Source of the DNA: Octopus sinensis
Lineage: Eukaryota
NCBI RefSeq assembly: GCF_006345805.1
Contig: NC_043009.1
Coordinates: forward strand, 3,224,001-3,288,000
Direction: 5' to 3'
DNA: 64,000 nucleotides
Below are positions 53,812 through 64,000 of this stretch, piece by piece. The notes beneath the pieces are model-generated. The model was given only the letters and a program-made list of their open reading frames with translations. It did not search any database and was not told where the DNA came from. A program made the translations under genes and the position numbers. How positions within the stretch are numbered: the first letter of the stretch is position 1; each line of letters opens with the position of its first letter.

Positions 53812-54185
53812 AGGCGTAGGAGTGGTTGTGTTGTAGTGTAGATTGTTTACTAACCACATGGTTCCGGGTTCAGTCCCACTGCTAGGTACCTTAAGCAACT
53901 GTCTTCTACTAATAGCTTCGGCCCGACCAAACTGAAAGAAGCCTGCCGTGTATATGTATATATATGTTTGTGTATGTATATGTTTGTGTGTCTGTTTTTG
54001 GCACCCCAACATCGCTTGACAACCGATGCTGGTGTGTTTACGTCACCGTAACTTAGCAGTTCGGCAAAGGAGACCGATAGAATAAGTACTAGGCTTACAA
54101 AGAATAATCCCTGAGGTCGACTAGAGGCGGTGCTCTAGCATGGTCACAGCCAAATGAGTGAAACAAGTAAAAGAGTAAAAGAAAG
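53812..54185 (+). mobile_element. SINE family A, near full length with small deletions
   Basis: aggcgtaggagtggttgtg...ccgggttcagtcccac...gaaacaagtaaaagagtaaaa. Confidence 0.9.
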
Positions 54186-54624
54186 AGAGATCTAAGCGAG
54201 CGCGTACGTACGCATGCACACACACACACACACACATGCACACATGCACACATATGTCAATGCATTGGACATAGTCACATGTTTGTAACCCCTATGCATA
54301 ATGTATTCATTGCATGAATAAAATGTCGCTATGAAAGTACAAGTTTATTAAATCTAAGTTAAACGAAATGACAAACATCTTCGTCATCATTATTTGTCAA
54401 TCATAGCAAGAATAATTTTATGTAGAATTCTTATAACAAACTCAACATTGCACAATGTATCTTTTTAGTACCAACATATGTGAATTTAATATGGTACTAT
54501 ATACATTATGCAAAATCCATCGATATTAACACTCGTGAACATCCTGATATTATGTGGTATCGATATATTCTAGTACAGGAGAAAGACCAAAATTGGTCTT
54601 TGGCATGATGTTTTATGGAACGGG

Positions 54625-54748
54625 ACAACGTGAATTGCATCGATTCCATTGCTGGAGTGGTACTTAATTTATCGATTCGAAGAACTCAATGCGCGAAGCC
54701 GGAAAAAATTATGCTAGTCTTTTTCGTTGAACGTGATAACGATTCTGC
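54625..54748 (-). mobile_element. Old SINE family B fragment
   Basis: ggtacttaatttatcgatt...aacgtgataacgattctgctgg. Confidence 0.5.
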
Positions 54749-54753
54749 TGGGC

Positions 54754-54754
<1 letters not shown>

Positions 54755-54826
<72 letters not shown>

Positions 54827-54858
54827 TGATGATGATGATAATAATAATAATAATAATA

Positions 54859-54897
<39 letters not shown>

Positions 54898-54925
54898 TAA
54901 TAATAATAATAATAATAATAATAAA
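54755..54925. repeat. (AAT)n array with a (GAT) insert
   Basis: Direct reading. Confidence 0.95.
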
Positions 54926-55384
54926 TCTATTGAATAGAAAGAATATAAATTACTAACCTTTTCTTTGCGTATTTAAAATCCAATCCTTCCAGGTGATACG
55001 ATATTATGCTTCGGGGCAGCTCTTCAATATAATGTTCCGAGGATAATTATAAAATTCAGTTTTTCTGTTGCGAAAAAAAATATCTTTTGATATTTCACGC
55101 TTTTATTTTTGTTCTTTATTTTATTTTAATTCAGCCTATATACAGATTTTTCTTCTTCATCATCTGCGATATTTTTTTTTTACTAATTGCAATCTCATGT
55201 ATAATGCTATTACGTTTCTCAGGTTCACTTATAACCTTTTCTAGCGAATCCTTTTATGACTTGTCTGAAGAGTCGTTTTCATGCTATATTTTTTAATATA
55301 TATATTAAAATTGAGCAGCATAAACGACGACAAATGATTTCTCAAAACTGGTATATTTCTTTTGCGCAAAAAACTTCCAACTTT

Positions 55385-55808
55385 AGGCGCAGGAGTGGCT
55401 GTGTGGTAAATAACTTACTTACCAACCACGTAGTTCCGGGTTCATTCCCACTGCGTGGCACCTTGGGCAAGTATCTTCTACTATAGCCTCGGGCCGACCA
55501 AAGCCTCGTGAGTGGATTTGGTAGACGCAAACTGAAAGAAGCCCGTCGTATATATGTATATGTATATATATGTGTGTATATGTTTGCGTGTCTGTGTTTG
55601 TCCCTTCCCCCCCCCCAACATCGCTTGACAACCGATGCTGGTGTGTTTACGTCTCCGTAACCTAGCGGTTCGGCAAAAGAGACCGATACAATTAGTACTA
55701 GAGACCGATAGAATAAGTTCTGGGGTCGATTTGCTCGACTAAAAGGCGGTACTCCAGCATGGCCGCAGTTAAATGACTGAAACAAGTAAAAGAGAGAATA
55801 AAAGAATA
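55385..55808 (+). mobile_element. SINE family A, full length
   Basis: aggcgcaggagtggctgtgtgg...gcgtggcaccttgggcaagt...tgactgaaacaagtaaaagag. Confidence 0.92.
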
Positions 55809-56355
55809 AAACTAGCTTCAGAATGATTTAACTTTTTCTACGTTGATTAAATTGGCAACGTTTTTTCGCTGAAGAAATGAAATAAATGTTCGCCGCTGTT
55901 TAGAACTTTGTCTTTTGTAACTTCTAACAAATCCTACTCTTCTTTTTGCGAATCCTCATTCGGGGTTATTCCAACAGTGAGTCATGTTTTCTCACTTTCT
56001 TAATGTCTCTGTGGAACTCTGCCTTCAACTAATTGCATATCTTGCCTTGCGCTGCATGTTTCCTTTCAAATTCAACGCAAATTAGTGTTAGTTCTATTAC
56101 ATCATTTTTAGTACTTATTCACTCTCTGAAATTCAGGAGTTTACAGACCCTTGCAATCTATACACTCACTCCTCTCCACTTAAATTCTCTTTCGTGTTTA
56201 AAAGACTGGCATCTCATTTCGGATAATGCAATCCATACATATGTAGTGTTTCCATCCATTTTTCTACCTAACACATCGGTTTCATATTTCATTTATTTCT
56301 CTAAAGCAGCACAACCGCAATCACAAACAGGTTCATATGTATATATATAATGAAT

Positions 56356-56503
56356 AGGCGTAGGAGAGGTTGTGTTGTAGTGTAGATTGTTTACCAACCA
56401 CATGGTTCCGGGTTCAGTCCCACTGCTAGGCACCTTGAGCAATTGTCTTCTACTAATAGCTTCGGCCCGACCAAAGACTTAGTGGATTTGGTAGACGGAA
56501 ACT
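56356..56503 (+). mobile_element. SINE family A 5' half
   Basis: Shares diagnostic variants with 53812-53930. Confidence 0.85.
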
Positions 56504-56789
56504 TGAATTAAATTCGAATTTGTCTGATTTCTTTGTAACGTTCTGAGTTGAATTCTTGACATTGTAAACACTACACTTTTTCCCCATCGGGTGTTGAGGA
56601 AATAGGTACAAGTGAAGTCCCGGAGATGAAAGTATTGAATAAACAACAATCCTCAAAATAGCTGCTCTTGTGCTTGAATTAGAATCAATTATTATTTTTT
56701 CTTCGAACATGAAAAACGTCAAATTTGCCGTTCGTACTCTTGTTTAATAGCTTTTACCTACTCGACAATTGCGATTTTAGTTCTGCCTT

Positions 56790-56945
56790 GAAGGAAGCTT
56801 TACTTCTTGGACTGTTAACAGCACCTTATACGAGTGCTTTCAGTTTTCTTTCACGCACGGTTAAATTCTTCACTATAGATCTTAATGGTCGTAAAGACGC
56901 TATAACAGTGGATAGACTAAATTGGCCTTCATAGAGAAAACTGTC
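56790..56945 (+). mobile_element. Gypsy-like LTR retrotransposon integrase C-terminal relic
   Basis: LLTAPYTSAFSFLSRTVKFFTIDLNGRKDAITVDRL resembles the GPY/F-region pattern PY.GPF.VL.RT.K.FTI..NG..D.VS.DRLKPA. Confidence 0.55.
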
Positions 56946-57039
56946 CCTGTTCCCACTCCAGAAGACACGCACACATCATTACAAACACGGCCCGCACACC
57001 CACATTCACATTCCATGACTATCATTGAGATCGATCAAG

Positions 57040-57245
57040 GACCGGACAAGGATTCTGGATATTTCTGGTTTTTTTAAATTTAACTTTTGAGACCGGTTGG
57101 GCTCATTTTTAGTATTCTCGATTTTGAGAGCAGTCGAGTTTATTTCAGACATTCTCCTTTTAAAAAAATCATCTCCGGCTAATCGTTGAGGGACGTTGAT
57201 GTTGCCTTGGTGGAGCTGCTTTGTGCTCTCTGAGTGCCTTTGTTG
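57040..57245 (-). mobile_element. Helentron-like non-autonomous element, 5' part
   Basis: The reverse complement aligns with 61601-61800 (cagagagc..., caacgtcc.tcaacgatta.cc.gagatgatttt, aataaactcgactg, ccagaatccttgtc) and starts in an (AAT)n array. Confidence 0.55.
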
Positions 57246-57393
57246 TTGTTATTAATATTATTATTATTATTATTGTTATTATTATTATTGTTATTATTAT
57301 TATTATTAATATTATTATTATTATTATTATCATCATCATCATCATCATTATTATTATTAGTATTATTTTATGTAAACAGACAAAAAGCTGGAA

Positions 57394-57433
<40 letters not shown>

Positions 57434-57447
57434 GATATTGTTATTGA

Positions 57448-57489
<42 letters not shown>

Positions 57490-59029
57490 GGAAGTGCCCA
57501 ATAAAATACCCTATGCGTCCAGCAAATAATCTACCCTGTTTTTCTACTTTTAACACCACCGGCTTTGTCATTCATCTTGTTAGGGTCGAGAAATTGAGCT
57601 TCCTAATTGGGGCCATATGATATACTGATCCCGACCTGAATCGTCCGAGTATATTTGTTTAAGATAGCCATTATTGGATTCCAAATTTCATAGTGCCGTG
57701 GCTAAAAACTATACCCACCATTTAGCTATGTTATTGAATATTCGCCATTATGGTATTTGTCTTTCCTATTTCCCAATCTAAATAAAATATGTACCAGTTA
57801 CGTACCGAGGTTTAATTTAATCATCTTATTGTGTTAACGTTTTTTTATGTATCTTTAATATGTGTGAATGATGCGGTGCGGCCTCTTTGTTATATCTTAT
57901 ATTTAATTAATTCTTTTCTTTCTATTCTATTATAAATTTTGTATATATTAAAAAAGAAAATATCTTAAATTTTCATTCGAACTAATAAGGAAAAAGGTGT
58001 CTGAAAGCATAAATAAAACATAATTAAAACATGAAATTCTTTAATTTCATCTAACGCTTTGCTACTAGAAAGTGAAAGTGAACGTATAGTATAGACTAGC
58101 GTATCAGACATGAAATTAAATACCATTTGGAACTCTAATAAATAGGTTATTTGATCGATAAATCTTATTGATTTCATTCGAAATTCAGCAATATTACCAA
58201 AGTTATATTGATTTTGATTTTCATCTGACATTTCACCTGCGCTCAATGTTATAATTTGGCGAAAGTTTCTAGTCAGTTCACTCTAACTCTGGCTAATTTC
58301 TTATTCTGACAAATTTGTCTCGATATTGAAATAAATATAGATTTTTCTATACATAATTATATGGACAGTGTCGGCGAGTGGTACAAAGTGGGATGTATTT
58401 TCCTAGAAGCCGAGATTACAAGGAAACAGTTTCGATGTCGTGTTGAAGTCGTTTCGCTTCATTTACGTTAATAATAACCTCGGAAATTATATCAAATTAA
58501 AACTCTATCAATTTTTTTTGTCTTTAAATGTAAACATGTAAATTGAAAATTTTGCCGTTAATATTTTGTGGCAAGTTGTTGAAAGGCTATAAAATAATGA
58601 GCATGATAACAGCCACCGTAGTCAGTGATGTACTTTCTGCCCTAGGTCGAAACTATTTCACTGAACTTGCGTAAATATGGCTCATAAGGAAATTAAGGCA
58701 ACTATGATGACGATGATATTTATGTGTGTGTGTGTGTGTATTTGTGTGTGTTTGCGCCTGTATTTGTGTGTGTGTTTGTGTGTGCGTGGTGTGCATCAGG
58801 AGATAGGCACCCGAGTTAAGGGCTATATTTAGCAGTCTCTTTCTCCTCCATATTTACTATAACGTTGATTTTTCTACAGCCTGTCAACAAAGTAGCATGT
58901 ATTTCTGGTTTGCACTATAGAGATTTAAACATACCTAGACATACAATACTATAATTTTCTGTCAACAAAGCAATGCCAATGGTTTTAGAGACTGCAACTT
59001 CAGATTATATCAGTAACAGTACTTCCTTC

Positions 59030-59255
59030 TTTTTTTTTCTTCTCGAGCCATGCCTGGCTCATAAGGGCCGGTTTCCCGGTTTCTTGGTGTATAGGTTCCC
59101 CACCTGGACGGGACGCCGGTCCATCGCAGGTGAGCTGCAAGATGCAGGAGGAAAGAGTGAGAGAAAGTTGTGGCGAAAGAGTCAGCAGAAGTTTCGCAAT
59201 TACCTTCTGCCGGAGCCGCGTGGAGCTTAGGTGTTTCGCTCATAAACACACACAT
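59030..59255 (-). mobile_element. SINE family C body with V-domain-like 3' part
   Basis: Body is shared with 11016-11120 (tgtttat.gagcgaaa.cac, aagctccacg.ggctccggcag). It is followed by ctgcgatggaccggcgtcccgtccagg, resembling the V-SINE domain as I recall it. Confidence 0.65.
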
Positions 59256-59531
59256 CGTCCGTTCTGACATTAACAGTACTTCAGAGGTGGTCAAATTCTC
59301 ACATTTGCAAAGAAGTCAACTTTAGAGTTTTACATCCATTCGACTTAAAGAAATGCAAATAGGGTCGGCAAAGCATTTTCTCTAAATAATTTCACTATTT
59401 TGTCATTGGCTTGTTTTCATATTTAATGATAATGATACAAGCAATTGCTACATTACAACATGTATATAAGTTGAATTTAGTTTTTGGTATAACGCAACTA
59501 ATCAAATTTTTACTGAAGAATAAGACATTTT

Positions 59532-59903
59532 TGGGATCTTTTCGGTTTGAACGGCAGTTTTTAACATAATTTCTAGGTAACTAACACATTTTAAACTTCG
59601 TATACTGGTAGAATGTGTTTATAAAACATCTTTTTCTCTTGGCTTTATTGAGAAAATTCTATAGTTTGTAAGATATTTGTTGTTTTTTTTCTTCAATTTC
59701 TGTAATTTCAACCAATCACTGACGTCCATTGAAGTGAAAAACATTCCGTGCCGTATGAATATATCCCTCGTTCTCTAACACTAACTAATCCTAACCCTAA
59801 AACAGATTGAAATGCAATAGATCGATACTAGGGTCATACTTATGGGTGACAATTTCATATGACACCGCTAGAAAAAACTGCCGTTTAAACCGAAAAGATC
59901 CCA
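59532..59903. mobile_element. MITE with about 30-bp terminal inverted repeats
   Basis: tgggatcttttcggtttgaacggcagttttt ... aaaaactgccgtttaaaccgaaaagatccca (1 mismatch), with a possible 3-bp TTT TSD and no coding capacity. Confidence 0.85.
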
Positions 59904-61454
59904 TTTCGGGTTTGATTTGAACTCAAAACACAAATGAACATAAATAGTGACTAAAAGAAACCTGTTCATAATTTTAGAGGTCCTACCATTTCTGGATAAA
60001 AAACAACAAAACGAAATATGAAAACTCAATGTTATTTCTTAGCAAACTTTTCTGAACAAAATATTAAACTAATGATTTCTCACGGGATTCCTTTAGTTCA
60101 AACTTTAGTATCGATCATTTGTCTACGAGATAAACATACTGGAGAAAAAGAAAAGAAAGAAATCTTGCTATTGAGAAAACAATATATTCATATTGGCACA
60201 AAGTCGTAAGAAATATGAAAGCATGCAGTCCATTAAATCAACTAAAATTCTATATGGTATTACAGTAATAGAAAGATATTCGAAATATTTGTAATATTAA
60301 TATCTGCAATAAAACAACTACTATAATATTAGTTTTTTTATTAGCCAAAAAGCCTGGAGAACATAAAGAAACATAAAAAGAAACGTTAAACTGGTGGTTG
60401 GTTACTAACAAATGCAGGTTGCATCTGACGCAGAAGCGCAACAAAATCCTTATAAATTATATATAAAAGAACGAATTAGAAACTTACAACACAGAGAAAT
60501 TTAGCCAGACATAAAATAAAGAAAGTAATATAAAACAATAATTAATGCAATTTACTTATAGATTAAGCCACCACATATATTATTCAAATTAGTCCATGCT
60601 CCTGACTATATTTCCTCTGCTTTTCTTCTGATACAGAAACCCACGCGCTTAGCTGCAGAATTCTTGTGACATTGTGAGCAAGGTATTGTGAATGTCATGA
60701 AAGTATGCATCCACAAAATTTATAATTTTGGATATCATATTTTGTCCTTTATATGAGGATACCATATACTTTGTAATTCGGTTGGCTATTACTATGTGTA
60801 TTGTGCAAGTTAATCAGTAGAGCTTTGTTATATTTGAGTATAGCAGCTAATGCCATTTTGTTTCATCTCGAAGGACATTACTTCTCATTCAAGAGATATA
60901 TGTTTTTCCTCAGTGGAAAATTTTCCCGTTGCAACAAGTTATCATACATTATATACATTACAGCTTTTTGATTAATTCATTTGTTTTTATTTACTTTGAC
61001 CAAATCTTCTTAAACCATTTATACCCATTAGTTTCCCACCATCATAAGTGCATAGGATGATGGAAAAATGATAGTATTCCTTAGTTTTGCTGATCTGGTG
61101 TCCATAGGTTGCACTACTCGTTTTTGCCATTCTGATGTTTGATAGGGTTTCTAAATGTGAAAACTGTATTATATTTTACACTTTTTAGGGTTATTTCTTT
61201 TAATAAACCGAACGTGAAATATTCTAAGCCGATTCTCTCCGAGAGTGAATTGGAAGGAATCTATAATTTCATCCAAGCATAAAATAGAAACCTTGTTTTA
61301 CTTTCATCAATTCCTGTATGGTTGCATTCCAGATTTAGGTAATCATCTCCATGCAACAGCTTCGGGTAAATATTAAATTTCATCTACTAAAATCTATTGC
61401 TTTTTCTTTTTGGTGGGGTGTAATTATTGTAAATAATTTTACATTCATCCAAAG

Positions 61455-61600
<146 letters not shown>

Positions 61601-61960
61601 AACAACAAGAGTAATCAGAGAGCGCAAACCTCCACCAGGACAACAGCAACGTCCTCTCAACGATTAACCAGAGATGATTTTGAAATGAGAATATCTTAAA
61701 TAAACTCGACTGTTTTCACAAACTAGAATATTAAAAATGAAGCCGACAACTCTCAGAAGTAAAAAACCGAAAAATAATCCAGAATCCTTGTCATATACTG
61801 GACCGATCCCAGTATCTAAGCAGTTCGTGCCCGTCACGAGGCCAAACATCAATGAAAGTTTCATCCGAATCCATCCAGCGATTCTTGAGATATCATGTCT
61901 ACGTACAAGCAAAGAAAACACGACTGATAACAATACTTCCCACTTCGCGAAGGCGGAGTA
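61601..61960 (+). mobile_element. Helentron-like (DINE/HINE-type) non-autonomous element
   Basis: Embedded in (AAT)n on both sides. It ends with palindrome cttcgcgaag followed by gcggagtaat, and has a paralog at 57040-57245. Confidence 0.55.
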
Positions 61961-62079
61961 ATAATAATAGTAATAATATTAATAATAATAATAAATGCCC
62001 TTATGCAGTACAAGGCAAAGGCCGATACACCTTGGCACCATTGACGTCGCAAGTCAGCTGAGGGAACACAACACGCAGC

Positions 62080-62152
62080 CCGGTCCAGGAATCGAACGCA
62101 CAACCTCACGATCGTAAGCTCGAAGCTCTAACCTCTTAGCCATGTGCCTTCA
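62080..62152 (-). mobile_element. Old tRNA-like SINE head (family C-related)
   Basis: gggaatcgaacgcacaacctcacgatcgtaagctcgaagctctaacctcttagccatgtgcct. Confidence 0.6.
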
Positions 62153-62189
62153 TGTATGTGTGTATATAAATTTATATATATATATACTA

Positions 62190-62585
62190 CGGACTTTATA
62201 CAGTTTATGTCTACCAAATTCGCTCAAAAGTTCTTAGTTGGCCCGAGGATATATTAGAAGGCGTCGAGCTGGCAGAAACGTTAGCACGCCGGGCGAAATA
62301 CTTAGCGGTATTTCGTCTGCCGCTACGTTCTGAGTTCAAATTCCGCCGAGGTCGACTTTGCCTTTCACCGTTTCGGAGTCGATAAATAAAGTACCAGTTA
62401 AGCACTGGAGTCGATGTAATCGACTTAATACCTTTGTCTGTTCTTGTTTGTCCCGTCAATGTTCAGCCCCTTGTGGGCAATAAAGAAATAAGAAGACTTT
62501 TGCCCAAGGTGCCACGCAGTGGGACTGAAGCCGGGACCATGTGGCTGGTAAACAAGCTACTTACCAGAGAGCCACTCCTGCGCCT
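62190..62585 (-). mobile_element. SINE family A 5' half interrupted by a family B insertion
   Basis: Family A sequence stops at tattagaag (about 62250) and resumes at agaagacttttgcccaaggtgccacg (about 62491). Confidence 0.8.
62251..62491 (+). mobile_element. SINE family B, full length
   Basis: gcgtcgagctggcagaaacgttagcacgccgggcgaaa...gagttcaaattccgccgagg...ttgtgggcaataaagaaata. Confidence 0.92.
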
Positions 62586-63209
62586 GCAAAAATAAATCGA
62601 AGTTCATTACTATAATCATGTTTACAATACTACTTATTAGTGTTATAATTTTATCAATTGTAATATATCATTCGGGATGGAGGAAAGACAATTCGAAATC
62701 AAAACTTCAAGAAACATCGGAATGTGATTTCCCACACACTTGCTCAATGTTATATACAATTCATCATATACGAACATCTGCCAAACTACTGAAAAAATAA
62801 TGATCATTAATGAGTAGCAGCTTATATTATTTTCATACCACTTCTGAATATCAAAATACACTTATAAGCACGTATGTGCACATTAATATGTGTGTGTATG
62901 AGTCTGCGTGTGTATGTTCGTGTGTGTGTGTGTGTGTGTGTGCATGTCCGTATAAACTAAGAAACAAATATAAAAATTTAATATTGTGTATTAGTATTAT
63001 ATATACTTCGTTTATTTTCCAATACCATATTCACACGATATCAATGGAAATTTCATAAATATAATACTCAATGCATAAATAGGCATTTATGGTTTTATGT
63101 GTGTGTGTGTTTGCAATTATATAAATATGTATACATACATAGAAGCATATATATAATATATATATATATATGTATATCTATATATGTGTATATATACATA
63201 TATATATAT

Positions 63210-63240
<31 letters not shown>

Positions 63241-63271
63241 CATACATATATACATACCTACACATACACAC

Positions 63272-63304
<33 letters not shown>

Positions 63305-63680
63305 TGAAACATTACGACAGCTGTAATGCTCATTAATAGACACAATGCGTCTGCAAGTTTTTAATATAGTCGATCATAGGCAAATATTTTAGTGATATTC
63401 TTTGACTATCAATCAATATGTGGGCATGTGCAAACGTATTAGTAATCCGTTGGTAACGAATTCACGTTTTTCTGTATATTAAAATCTAGTGCATCATGTC
63501 TGTAAGCCACTTGTATGAGACAACATGAGACAGTGTGAAGTAGTTTCTATGGCAGTCCAAATCGGATGTGCAATCTACGTGGGTGTCTTTTCAAAACATT
63601 GTCTGGTTTAAAAAGCCACATCAGATGCCATGATGGTGCTAAGGTGTAGGTACAGGAGGTGGTCAAACTCTGCATAAGGA

Positions 63681-63725
<45 letters not shown>

Positions 63726-63743
63726 AATGTAATACATATAGTA

Positions 63744-63790
<47 letters not shown>

Positions 63791-63817
63791 AAAGTGTATA
63801 TATATATGCAGATATAT

Positions 63818-64000
63818 AGGCGTAGGAGTGGCTGTGTGGTAAGTAGCTTACTTACCAGTCCCACTCGTGGCACCTTGGGCAAGTGTCTTCTACTATAGCC
63901 TCGGGCCGACCAAAGCCTTGTGAGTGGATTACGTAGACGGAAACTGAAAGAAGCCCGTCGTATATATATGTATATATATATATGTGAGTGTATATGTTTG
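63818..64000 (+). mobile_element. SINE family A 5' part, runs off the window end
   Basis: aggcgtaggagtggctgtgtggtaagtagc...gtggcaccttgggcaagtgtcttctactatagcctcgggccgacc. Confidence 0.9.

Noticed and set aside
59785-59800. cctaaccctaa as a telomeric repeat
   Set aside because: It is under two units long and internal to a MITE.

Overview
This is a strongly AT-rich, microsatellite-saturated eukaryotic window with no prokaryotic features: no operons, rRNA, true tRNA genes or CRISPR arrays. The SINE repertoire (three tRNA-headed families, one CORE-like) points to an octopus or other coleoid cephalopod genome, which is my inference from remembered repeat families. Almost all ORFs in the supplied track are translations of (TA)n, (CA)n, (TACA)n or (AAT)n repeats. 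Supportable content: (1) more than 25 SINE copies or fragments; (2) a 5'-truncated RTE-like LINE with an intact C-terminal ORF and a 12-bp target-site duplication (21791-22409), plus an older relative; (3) three mariner transposase relics, a hAT end, a Gypsy integrase relic, a MITE with about 30-bp TIRs and Helentron-like non-autonomous elements; (4) a Helitron Rep N-terminal fragment (38733-39440) and a Merlin transposase fragment directly abutting a Helitron helicase C-terminus (11748-12681); (5) several head-to-head fold-back repeats, of which two different families carry minimal type I hammerhead ribozyme motifs of the kind known from Penelope-like retroelements (32038-32083, 49824-49861, degenerate at 43339-43383); (6) several splice-site-bounded open frames on the minus strand that may be exons of one unidentified host gene (low confidence). 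The hammerhead fold-backs and the Merlin/Helitron chimera most merit follow-up. All calls are by eye, with no database searches run.
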